This document shows positions 37,910-50,700 of a DNA stretch of 64,000 nucleotides, piece after piece. The DNA is taken from positions 80,848,001 through 80,912,000 of the forward strand of contig CM060731.1 in NCBI GenBank assembly GCA_030704615.1, written 5' to 3'. The position numbers and the translations under genes were made by a program. This DNA is from Takakia lepidozioides. Lineage: Eukaryota > Plantae > Bryophyta. How positions within the stretch are numbered: position 1 is the stretch's first letter; the number at the start of each line of letters is the position of its first letter. The notes under the pieces are model-generated. The model was not told the DNA's origin, ran no database searches, and worked only from the letters and a program-made list of their open reading frames with translations.

Positions 37910-39070
37910 CAAGAGGACGTATTGTATTTGATGGGTTGTGCTACGCGTGGCTCGGAAGCCCTCCTGGGGGTTGCTCAGAATATGGTGGTGTTATCCGTAA
38001 TTGGATAGCAACGTGGTCAGTGTGCTGGTAAACAATTTATAGATAGTGTTGGCTAGGGCTATGGTTCTGCAGTTACCGAGGTCAGTAGGGTCACCTTTAT
38101 TAAATAGCAGGATGGTGCGACTATGTTTCCAAGTGGGTGGAATACGCTTGAGTTGATAACATAGTTTGAAAAATTTGAAGAAAATGGTATGAAGATGGGG
38201 GTCAAAGGTAGACACCTTCATGACACACCAGACCGTGGTTTGAACCCACAACCACATCCAACGTGGTATGTGCCCATTACCACCGGGCTACATGCTGGTT
38301 GTCAGCGCTTGTAATATAGCGTTAGGGATCATATCTGGTCCAGGGGCTTTTGATTTGGATAGACCTTTAAGGCAAAAGTCATAAAGATCTAGCGTGAATA
38401 GGTCATGTATGTGGTCCGTGGGTATTCCATGTTTGTCTAATGAGAACGTCTAGGTCATGCCATGGATAATGCCTGACTTTACATAAACAGTTGGGGTGGT
38501 GGTACTCAGGGTGTAGGCAGTTCGTGATAGCGGACGTATAGGAAACGGATGCCTGTATCCATATTTCTTTGTTGATATCAGTGGGGCTTCTCAAGAAATG
38601 GCCCAGCCGATGTTTAAGGCAGTTTATTGGCGGGTTGAGCGTAGGGTTAAAGATGGCTTCGTGTGCTCTTTTAGGATGGTCATGTAGGAGCTGGCCAAAG
38701 GAGATAACAAACTTTTTGTGGTTATCGCTACCTTTTTGTTTGGTTATAAGATATGCGGTTTTTTTTGCGTCCCTTCCTAGCTTGGCGAGGGCAGCAACCC
38801 AATTCGGGGTGGTATTGTGTCTATAGGAGGGGGCAAGAGGGCTTGGCATACTGGGAGAGAGTTTAGGCAAGTAATGCGGGGGTCGCGTCTCCATTCTGTG
38901 GGATGATTGTTGGATGAGGAATTGGGGATGATAGTAAGGGCACGACGTATGGTATGATGGGTATTAAGGTGAGACCGGGTCCAGACACGGTCCATGTTCA
39001 TTGGGGTCATCTATTCCATGACGGTCATCGTCCTGGCCCTCTGCCATTCTGCAACAATCGGAGCAACACT
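37910..39070 (-). mobile_element. LINE linker and N-terminal RT fragment, inverted relative to the APE fragment
   Basis: KAPGPDMIPN, WKHSRTILLFNKGDPTDLGNCRTIALANTIYKLF, QEGFR. It ends before the YADD region. Confidence 0.85.
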
Positions 39071-39099
39071 AAACGAGGTTTTCTAATAAGACGTAACTC

Positions 39100-42000
39100 T
39101 AAACCCTTCTCCCGTTAAGTAGGTTTGAGTAGGTGTCAAAATAATTCCTAAAAGCTAATTTTGTAGAATAAAATGATCCTGGAAGCCAGAGGAGGGTCTA
39201 TAGGAGCATTTTGCGACCACCTCACAGAAATTGCGGCAAAAAATACCCCCCATCCAACCAATGGCCTCCTTCTCCACGTGACTACGTATCGTGGAATAAT
39301 GAAATGTCACGCACACAGAAGTTGTGTAGAGAGGAAGTGAGGGGAGAATGAGCCTCCCTTGGCTTATATCCCCCCCCCTCATTCCTCGGGCCATGTGCAG
39401 GGCGAATTTTCTAGAAGCAACCGCCAGAATTGGTGGGCGCTCCATTTTCCAGGAAAAACAAAAAAAAAAAAAAAAAAAAACCCGACCGCCAAAACAGGCG
39501 GTCGCTCCATTTTCCGGATTAAAAAAAAAACTGCGATCGCCAGAACTGGCGATCGCTCCATTTTTCGAAAATAAAATACATAAGCGACTGCCAACATAGG
39601 CGGTCGCTTCATTTTCAAAAAATTTAAAATAAAAGCGACCGCCAGTCATGGCGGTCGCTCCATTTCCAACAAAATTTTAATAAAAGCGAGTAGTGGCAGT
39701 CGCTGGATTTACAAAAAACAAAACAATTGCGGCGACCGCCCGTAATGGCGGTCGCTTGATTTTCCTCCAAAATATAGAGAAGCGACCGTCTGTAATGGCG
39801 GTTGCTTCATTTTCAAAACAATTACAATAAAAGCGACCGCCACAAATGGCGGTCCCTCCATTTCCAACCAAATTTTTAAAAAAACGACCGCCACTAATGG
39901 CGGTCGCTGCAATTACAAAAAACAACAATACTGGCAACCGCCCCTAATGGCGGTCGCTCCATTTTCCTCCACAAAAAAAAACGACCGCCAGTAACGGCGG
40001 TCGCTTCATTTCCAAAATAATTAAAATAAAAGCGACCGCCAGTAATGGCGGTTGCTACATTTTGTAAAAACAAAAACCGCCAGTAGTGGAAGTGAGGGGA
40101 GAATGACTGGGGGCTTATATGCCCACCCCTCCCCCCGCTCATTCCTCGTTCCACGCGCAGGGCAAACTTTGTAGAAGCGACCGCCACCTTGGCAGTCGCT
40201 CCATTTATATAAAAAAAAAACGACCGCCACAAATGGCGGTCGCCCCATTTCGCCAAAAAAAAGAAAAAAAACGACGCCAGTAATGGCGGTCGCTGCATTT
40301 ATAAAAACAAAAGAAAACTTCAAGCTACCGGAAGTGAGGGGAGAATGAGCCGGAGCTTATATGCCCCCCTCCCCCCGCCTCACTCCTCAGTCCATGCGCA
40401 GGGCACACTTCGTAGAAGTGACCGCCACCTTGGCGGTCGCTTTATTTTTATTTTCAAAACAATTAAAATAAAAGCGACCGCCATAAATGGCGGTCGCTCC
40501 ATTTCCAACCAAATTTAAATAAAAGCGACCGCCCTTAATGGCGGTCGCTCCATTTTCCTCCAAAAAACAAAAAAACGACCGCTAGTAACGGCGGTCGCTT
40601 CATTTCCAAAATAATTAAAATAAAAGCGACCGCCAGTAATGGCGATCGTTTTATTTCCAAAATAATTAAAATAAAATTGACCGCCATGTATATCCCTCCC
40701 CCCCCTCATTCCTCGCTCCACGCGCAGGACAGACCTCGTAGAAGCGACCGCCACCTTCGCGGTCGCTCTATTTTTTTAAGAAAAACGACCGCCAGTAATG
40801 ACGGTCGCCCCATTTCCAAAAATATAAATATAAAAGCGACCGCATAAAATGGCGGTCGCTACATTTTTAAAATAACCATTACAGCGACCGCCTGAAATGG
40901 CGGTCGGGGAGAATGTTTGGGAGCTTATATTCCTCCCCCCCCCTCTCATTCCTCGTTCCACGCGCAGGGCAAACCTCGTAGAAGTGACCGTCAGCTTGGC
41001 GGTCGCTCCATTCAAATAAAAATGAATGCACAGTTGGAAGCATGACACAATTGTTCTCCATTCCACAAACAAATCACCGAACACAAACATGAGCAAGTGA
41101 CGGTGCCTTTGGCCGACATTTTGGCTGGTATACACATGAGCAACATCTTTTATTTTCCAGCACATCACAACAACAATACAAATACTTATAGTGACAATGA
41201 TCACATTGATATTACTTCACTACAGAAATATAAACATGTCCACTAAAATGTGCTGATGCATGCCTACAGCTGTTTTGCTTCAATTTCTTCTACTGCTTCG
41301 ACGGCGGGACGAAGAAGATCCTAATCCTAATGCTCCGATGGGTTGAAAATCCAGGACACGCCTCGACTTCACCACAGTTGCCATGATCAGTGCTGGAATC
41401 GTCATCCCTATCCGACCTCATATATCCAGGCCTTTGAATCTGCAAGCGACCTTGAACCACATTTAGTTCTCTCTGAGGTCGACTCCCACTTCGGTCTTGA
41501 ATACCATCCACGGTATCTGGCCTGTTTGTGGGCCGATCGCCTACAAAAGGTTGGACTCTTTTCTGTCGTTTATGGACTTGGGACACAATCGAAGGTGATT
41601 TCGAAAGAGGTACCGGAGGGGGGTCTGCTCGAGATGGACCGACATTAGATGGTCCGGCATGTGAGGAACCACGGGTCTGCTGCGCAACACGTCGGTTAAG
41701 GTGGAATTGTAGTGGCAGGTTGTCATCATCCGAGGCTTCAACTTCCGCCCAGTCCAATGCAGCAGAATAATGTCTGCGTGTGGAAAACAGATCAACCCTG
41801 TTGCTCCTTAATGCCCGCTGCGTTGATGGGGAGCTGGATCGGTTTTGGCATTGTGGTGGAGCTGGTTGTATCGGTGAGGCATGATCTCGTCCCGTCGACT
41901 GTTCAATGGGTTTGACATCATCGTTTGTATGAACAGGATTGCATACGTCGATCGGTCCTGGCAGTACATCACCCCTAAGCTCCATTGGGGCACTACCGGT

Positions 42001-44700
42001 GGCTTCAGCGTGTAGTGGGGGGCGGGGGTCGACCCCAACTTCATTTTGAGGACCATGTTCTGGGGATGACACAATTGCAGCTTCACCTTCATCTGCGATA
42101 CGCACTTCTTCAAGAAGGTCATTAAAGGTCGGCTGGATATAAGCATCATCCTCTGTGAATGTAAATGGGTCATACGCATATCATCAGATCCATCTTCATT
42201 ATCGGAGGCAGATGATTCTCTCTGAGGCTCAGTATCGTCACTCATCGAATCAGCCTCAGAAGCAAAGTCTTCGGAATGCAAATTCATCTCATACCATGCT
42301 GCAGCATCATCCGCTGCCCTCTCACGTAGCAGTCGACAATTGATATACACATACATCAATTTGTCAGCCCTCACGGGATTCAACCTGTTGCAAATTTTGT
42401 TGTGAACAAATGAGTAACTGCTCCAATTGCGTTCGCAAGATGAGACGGAACACACTTGAGCAAAAATATGCTTCGCAATGGGAGCCATTGTTCTTGCTCC
42501 AGCTCCAATCAGATCCCACCATTCATGTAGCTACATATTGAGCTCTTTTGGATCCGGCATGTCCTCAAAAGGGTCGCGGCGATCTGAAAAGCATTGGTAC
42601 TCGGATATAGCTCTCTCTGCATGGTTCAGCGGAGCCAGTCCCATGAGCACTCGCACGAGGTCGGCCTTGGCATTAGCGTCATCTCGGAGCATGGTATTGT
42701 CGAGCAAGAATGGATTGAGCAAACCCCCGCATAATGCAAGTCCGTTCGAATCATCGAACGACGGTCGTAAAATGCATCCTCGGCACTATCCGCAAGTTCA
42801 GGTTCCAAGGAGAAGGGAGGATGCCTGAAGGATTGGACGTGCTTCTGAAGATTTTGCATTAGTAACCATGCATTGCCCATTATTGGTTGCTTTCCATCAA
42901 ACTCCCGCAAGACGATTAACACCGGCTCTACCATATAAACAAAGTTTTTACATTTCTTCCAGAAATCATCACTGCGAATGTTATTTCGAACTTTTCAACT
43001 TTTGCCCAATGACTTGGCTTTTCTGGAGTCCCACAATGTCCGTGTGTACACATCCCATTGAGGATCGATGATGGTGTGCTCCAGACTGCTCTTCACCGTC
43101 ACCAACCGATCCACCATCAAGAAGTTAGTAGCAAAACGAGTTTCGCCTGGATTGCGGAGGCTGTATTTGGGTTCGTGCCTCTTATACATTGCCAAATGGA
43201 TGTGGTGTATGCGGATGAACGACACGGTTAGGTTGAATAGACATGTCAATGATGAACACAATTTGTTGGGTAGGTGACTGACTGTTGGTAAGAGTTTTTA
43301 ATGGAACTCTGAGTGTATTTAGCATAAAATATTTTGTGGAGTTTGTCCAGCTGGGGAACAATTCTTGGGATCGGTCGACACTAGTGGCGAGAAGAAAGAT
43401 GGACGTTATCAATGCATGACATTGAACAACAGCCTGTTTGTAACAGAACTCCAACCATCGGCACATATAGTGCTTCCATATTTTTTGATACGCTCGTCCG
43501 TCCTATCGTTGACTTTTTGGGTAAGCTTGGTCATGGCGTCTTATAGCAATCATGTGCGGAGATTGTGATAAGTCGGAGGCACGTACGTGGATCTGGACTC
43601 CGAGGTTGCTTTAATATTAGCTTTGTCACATTAAATGGTATGTTGGCCTCGAAGAAAATCTGCGCCTATTTTTTTATCCAACTGTCTTTTCGCAGACAAT
43701 TTAAGACCTTCCTGCATGGATTGCTGTCATCCGTTGAAGTGTAGGGGTACAAAGAGGTGTTGAAGCAGGTGTTATTCCGGCACAACCCACTTGTCCAATG
43801 ACACCCGAAGCCTCACAAGAGTCGCCCTAGATACTAATCGGGGCATCGTGACGGGAAGATGGAGTGTTCTGCTCAGAGGTCATGTCCAGATCCAAATACA
43901 TTGGAATATTGCCTCCACACTGGGCAAAGTGGCGTTTTACCCGCATAGATGTTTTAAGGCACCCACCCCAGCGCTCTTCACACCTTTATAGCCGAGGTGA
44001 GCGAGCAACCGATCCTTACGATAAGAAAGTTTTAATCTACATAGGTTGCACTCAACATTGTCAGTGGCACTGACAGTGTTCGGGATTGCCGTATACCAAG
44101 GGCTCCATTCCTCCCTCGTCTTCACCCAATATCCACTCCCCTGGGACCTAGCGATGCAAGCAACAAAAAACGGTCACCTATAAATGAACGTGTTGTGAAT
44201 GTAGAGTGCAATGCGATAGCCCAACACTTCTACACCTGTCAGCAACCCAAGTGGGTCGATGTGGGTTGTAGTATTGAACTTATACACAATCTGCTGAAGT
44301 GGCTTTGGTGGAAGCCACAATGGCAAAATGTGCGCACCCTCCTCTTGAGCTACACTCTCGTTCAATGGAAGTGAACATTCAAAGCAACCTCAAGTGTTTG
44401 CGCCAAAAGAAGTGAGAAGCTTGGTGACCCTCCTCCCTTATATATGATCCAAGAGGGATGAAAGTAAAATGAATAAATGACGAACCAATAGCGCCCACCC
44501 GAAAAAGGATGTACAACCATATTTGTTGTAATTTTGAAATCAAACGACTGCTAATACTACAGTCATTATTTTTATTTTTTATGAAAAACAAGCGATCGCC
44601 CCTACTGCGGTCGCTTTTATTTCCTTTCATTTTGTGTAATATTGCGGTCACTTCTATTTTGTATATTTTTAAATGTTTTGATGTAATCTTATGGCCATAT
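39100..44700 (-). mobile_element. hAT-superfamily DNA transposon with pseudogenised transposase (about 44130-42340)
   Basis: BED finger VECNLC..RLLAHL, GSTICADGWS (first catalytic D), PGETRFATNFLM, LNPFLL and dimerisation motif SSCERNWSSYSFVHNK..NRL..ADKLMYVYIN. GCGACCGCC palindromes occur on both sides (39410-41010, about 44590). Exact TIRs not found. Confidence 0.85.
39410..41010. repeat. Subterminal array of GCGACCGCC-N5-GGCGGTCGC palindromes with a larger interspersed unit
   Basis: Roughly 30 palindromes, plus recurring CCCCCTCATTCCTCG..CGCAGGGC..GTAGAAG blocks near 39370, 40130, 40370, 40700 and 40935. Confidence 0.9.
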
Positions 44701-46140
44701 CAAAGCAGCAGTTTGCCTTATACAACATTTACACGTAAGTGGTATGACATCATACCTTGTTTTTTTTGCGCCAAGACCTGGTTTAGGCTTGGGTCATTGT
44801 ATAAATATGGTAACAAGGTGTTGACTAGCAACCAGTTATACATGTTGCTACTTTACCACTGTGCAAAGCAGGGAGGCAAGTCTTCAGATTGCTGAATTTC
44901 ATCACCCATGGTTACACTGTATATCTGCAGATATTTCTAAACAGTATGTAAACAGGGAACACAATAGAAGATATTGTATTATGTTCCATAACCTGGCTTC
45001 AGTCAGGTACAGCAGGTATATACTCTAGCACTATGTTTACCATATGACAAAGCATTCATGGAGGTGTAGAGAGATATACAGGGTCTGTACGAGGTTAATC
45101 CCTGTTGCTTAAGATACCTCTAAACATATTGTCCGAGTTCAAAAAGATCCTTCGGGTTACTGTGCTGCTTGGTACATGCCATAGCAATAAAGCCAGTCTA
45201 TCCCAGAGCCCATTTTAGGTCTTGGGGCAATCTGTATCTGCTCCAGCAGGGTACTTGCAAAGTCACAAACAAGTAGAGAAGGACAGGAAACCAAATGGCC
45301 TGCATCAGGCAGCATACATGGCCTAAAAGCAAAAGGTTGGGGTTCCCTATGTCCTCTTACTTAGCTGCTTGATATCATTCAAGCCACAGCATCATACCAT
45401 TACTATAAACCGAAATCAAAAGCTCATGCTGGGCTGTAAAACAGCAAATCCAGCACCATCACGTAGTGTAGCAGAAATCAAAGGCAATAGTCTTTAATAG
45501 AAAGACTTCCTGAAAGTTTAAGAGCGGCGCTGGATCTTAATGACCATTGAACGGATCGACAAACAATCACAGCTTAGGGTAGATTGTCCGCCAAGAGAAG
45601 AGACAACCTCATTGAGGGAATTGAAGCTCTGCCGCCATTGCATACCCCAAGGGGAATCGAAAAGTACTGGAATCTTGTCAGAGCACTTGCAGGCTGTCAT
45701 AAAGCTTCTCCATAGCCATCAAATTCACAAGATTCGTGTTTAAATGAACCCTCTGACACCATCTCTCAGCTCCAGCAGAATCAAAACGCACGAGTATCGT
45801 GCAGAGTTAAGCGCGGAGGAAGAGATAGGGCAAACCTTCGAGATTTCATCCAAATTAGATGAAAAACAGGTAATGAGATGTAAAGAACTTCCTTGATTCC
45901 ATCATGATGTCATCCAGTAGGGATGGCATCCAAAATATAGTCTGGCTTTCATTAGGGTTAGTTCTCATGACCAAAATCAGCCAAAGAACCCAGCTATCAA
46001 AGAATATTCTTTAATGGAATTAATCCATTTTCATGATTACATCCACTATGGATGAAATTAAAATATGGTTTAGACAAAATTAGTCCAAGCCGTCCTGGGT
46101 TTTGGAAAAAATACAAGCAAGTTCCTTGTATAGAGGGAGC

Positions 46141-46200
46141 GGGAGAGATCAGGAAACAAAAAGAAAAGAAGGAAGGTGGGGGGGGAGTGACTGAGCAGCT
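46141..46200 (+). repeat. Solo end of the 2.6-kb TIR element family
   Basis: GGGAGAGATCAGGAAAC..GGGGGAGTGACTGAGCAGCT, as at 15110-15167 and 17680-17773. Confidence 0.7.
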
Positions 46201-47702
46201 GAGTGACATAAACCCCTTGCTAGCAGTGATTTGTTATAATTACAGGTGCAAGATCTTATTGGTGTAAATATACACGTTGTGCTCATCCGACCAGTCAATA
46301 TGCCGATCTTCGATCTCTACAAAAATGACCAGCAAACAACCACAAAAACGTCTCACACATGTGTGCAGGTGACTGCTGTAGTTGCACAACATTTTGTCAA
46401 GAAGTCAAGACACCAACCTCTGGGAACTGATTGTTGTGGACTCAGTTTGCATTTCCAACCCATGACTGCCTTCACTAGCTTTGTATTGTGTAGGGACAAT
46501 GCTCTCAGGTCATGGCATAGTCAACAGCTGTGCAAGGTATAGGTTACTGTTGAGTACATAGCAGCAGTGTGGTGAGGGCCACTCATTATTGCTGACCTTG
46601 GGGTGGAGGGACACCGAAGTTATTTCGGATTCCATGAAGCAACCAGTTGGAACTCATTTGATATTCTGAACCTTTGAAACTACTAATGACAATAATCTAT
46701 GCCGCTTTAGCAAGTTAAACTGAAATCACTTTAACATCTGTGACCTTTGAATGCCACTGCTGCAGCTCGTTGATTTTAAGCAAAACAAGGACCACCTCTT
46801 GAAGGAACATGGGTCAAGAATTGAATGTTATGTCCTCCAGCATGCGAGATGGCTTTCCACAGTAGAAGAACACTTACAGCTGGTGTGCTGTGGCTCTATA
46901 ACTTTGATATCATATGAATCTCTAGAGACACAAATTGAAGGTACATAACAGTGATCGAAGGGGGAGAGGGTGAGAGAGAAGGGGGCACTTGGACTGGGTC
47001 ACATAAGCACAAAACATGCTCAATTCTATCCACTGCTGGTAGTCGCAATACCAATATCTTACTGATGACCGCCACTGATGTGCCCTACCTACTCATTTTT
47101 GCACAAAAGCGGGCCCACAATGGACTGGTGTCTCTGAGACCTCACTCAGACATCTAACCCACAACCAAAAACATTCTGCAGAATTATACAAGAATCTTCC
47201 GCTACTGCTGCCCGTGGTATCTTTCAATTCAACCTAGCCCAATGATATTCTCACCAAACATCTCGAGAGTGGAATTCAGTGGGGAAGTACTCGTTGTGTC
47301 ATACAACCGTGACATTGAAAATGGTTCTCTGGTAAGTTCTCAAATACTAAACAGACTTCCAAGTCTTCAACCATTTCACCTTCAAAAGGTACAACGCTAA
47401 AGCCATTTTGAAATAGTGCCAATCATCACACCAACCTCAGGGCAGTTTTTACAAGCTTCTTCCACCCACCAGCACCACTTCGCCACTGCCGAGACCATTC
47501 TTCATCACTCTGGCCATGGGCTTGGGATGGGATTTTCTGTTAACATCTCCTGTAGCCCTCCTTTAATACCTTACCTTGACTCTCAGGCTGTCTATGTGCC
47601 CACCCAAAGAAGAGGCAATAACCCTTGATATGAAGGAGGCTTCAGAATGGGCCAACAGAAGTAGCCCTACAAGGTATGTCATTGATGTCTTTTGGATGTA
47701 CG

Positions 47703-50700
47703 CTAATATGCACTCTCAGGGACAAGAACAAAGATAACAGATGTGTAGCTTAGCATGGGATATACATTGGTATTCAGAAAGCTGGCAGATTGTGCCAACG
47801 CCACTGCCTTGTGGGGTACATTATCAGAGAGGAAGTCGTAGGGGGAGGGTTTGCTGGTGTCAACCAGAGGGCACCACTTGAAGCCTGCTCGCTCCGGGAG
47901 TGAAACCACAACAGGAAGGTGGCTGGTGTTGAATGCAACATAGAGCTCCTTTCTCTGCGAATCCACCTGCAGTTCAGAAGATGCTCACCCCATGAGAGAG
48001 ACATAGAAAGGAAGTTCATCACATCTACATGGTTTCAGTCATATTGCTCGAGCTTCAATTTGGGCACCACATATGATGTGTGGCTGTGGTTGCTCTGCTG
48101 CACCCTGTCTACAAAAAGGGCACACGCAGACTGAATGATCATAGTTGTTTTCCTTGAGTTGTATGGTCATTGGCTTTTCCACAAGTGGCAATTCCAGGCT
48201 GAGTTTCCATACCATGCCGGGTGGGTGGGCGCAGAAATATATACGTGTGGATATATGTGTGTTTTCTTTGTTTATGAGTCTCCTGGCAGCTTACCTTCTT
48301 GAGCTGCTCTACCTTCATGCAGTGCATTTGTTTCCTCGTTCATAAGCTGTTTAGGCTTTCTGGGTGTAGCATGAAGTAGCCCACCATGGAACCATGCCCC
48401 CAGGCTGAGAGTGGGAGAGGACAGGAGGAGAGAAAAATGGGGGCCCCTACCATCACGGAAGTAGCTGCAGTGACGTATGAAGTTGATTCTGGTTTCCAAG
48501 ATGTTTCCAGCTTAGTTACTGATTTCAGAGGGACTCCTTTTCCCAAAATACTCGGTCACATGCATCTAAATATGTTCACAAAGGAAGGATGAGTACCAGA
48601 GTGAAGGCAACAAATCGACTTGTTTCAGACCACTCCGGCATATTTGGGAAGATGCCATGCCACTCCAACCTCTCTGCTGTTGGGAAATCTCTCAACCGGA
48701 AAGCTTCAGTATCTCTGCATATTCATGTCAACATGCAATCATGTTAGATGGTTGGGAAACACCATTAAGAGAACAAAAGATGCATAAAGACTTGAATAAC
48801 CCACCTCCTCCTTTTTTTCAAACAAGGGATGGGTTCTTAGCTACAAGCTACTGCAAGTATCCTTGAGAACACACACTTGATTGCTCTCCTGCGATTGCGG
48901 CCGCATATCCCACAGAGAAGCTAGCCGAATCCCTCACAGGCCCAATTGAAGTACCAGCCCAGGGCAAGTCAAGCCAATGTGCCATTGTACTAGTACTTTA
49001 CGCATTTTCAGTTATGCTCGACAAAGTCCTTACATAGTAATGACCTCACAAGCTCAGTCAGGATTACAAATATGACGAAGGCACAAGGCACTCTAGTCAT
49101 CCATTCTGTTCGAACATACATACATAGCAATTTTACTCATCCGCAATGACAAAGCCGTATCATATCTTCTTCATGAGACTGCGCCTCTGACGCCAAATGT
49201 ATACCCAAATCCGACCCTTGGCAGACCTGGCACACTGAATGAAACTACACAAGAAGTTCCCACAGGCATAACACAGTAGAGAGCAACCCCCGCCACTTGG
49301 TGCATCTATATTTTAAATCTGTTCTAACACACAAGCACCATATGATTCCTTTATCTGATACAGTAGCTGTCATGACATAAGGAGGAGGAGACAACCTTCG
49401 AAAGTTGACCATGAGGCTGAAGAACCTGTAGAATCCATGCGGATCTGCATTCTTCTTATCCCATCTGAAATAGTTGATCTATCTTCAGCAAACCACATCA
49501 CCAAGGATTAAGAGTTTGAGCTTCAGCATCAAGGACCCCAATCAAGTGATACATCAAAAGAAGAGACCCAAAAAGCATTGTATAGCAAACTACCAGATGC
49601 TACCAACATCAACCTTCCAGAACTATGTCAGATGAATGTCATCAAGGATGTAATCCTTTTGCAAGTACACAGAATGCCTGTTTAACCCTGTGGCGTACAA
49701 CCCCTCTTCAGATGACAATATTCTGAAGATACTCACAGCCACAACTGATTTGCTGCATTGTCCTTCATTGATTATAACCCCTCAATATTCCAACCAGGGG
49801 CACCTGAGAATTGACAAGCGAATGGGCAATTTGATTGAGACCATTAACAAAGAAAGGCCACTATGTACTGGTGGGTGCAAGCAGAAAGCTCACGGAGTTG
49901 TCATGGCAATAGGTGTTGTTATTGCCACCTTTTGTGTGACCATACTCATCACCCATCGTTATCATCGGCACCCCCTGCCAACCCATTGCAAACATTCCAA
50001 CGGAACTAAATGAATTTGCTGCAAAATCAGTTTTCTTGACTACCATGCGCAAGAAGCCAGAAGATATTATGATGACATGGCTTTGGTCTGAAAAGAACAT
50101 CTCATAGAGATGTACATACATTGGATGAGCGAAAATGACATGAAATGACACTTAATAACGTCCACAAAAACCTCAGAGAGCTCATGGGACAAGAGAAAGC
50201 AGGAAACAAGAAAGAGAAGTGGGGCCACAACAAGCAGCACAAAAACAACAAAGGAAACAAAAATGTCTGCAGGAGGCCAAAGGACCCCTGGGACATAGAA
50301 TAGAGAAGAACAACCAAAAGAGAGAGAGAATGTACTCAGGAGACGTTGTTAGCTGTAGCCTTGTGGCCATAGACCCCGTGCCCAGTAAAGAATGTACTCA
50401 TAAGACGTTATTTGCTGTAGACTTGTGGCCATAGACCCCGCACCCAGTTTAACAAAAGGGAGCAGAAACTACAGTGCCCAGTAAAGACAGAGAATGTACT
50501 CATAAGACGTTGTTTTCCGTAGCCTTGTGGCCATTGATCCAGCGCCGAGTTTGAGCGGAACACAAAGGGACAGAAACTACCTTTGTCAGGGGCTGACGCC
50601 GGTAGTATGACTTACCTTGAAAAATGCAATTGATCTGATTTTTCCAGATATCCTCTAGAAATCCCTTCGCACAAACATCAATCTGCTGTGTGTGATTTGC

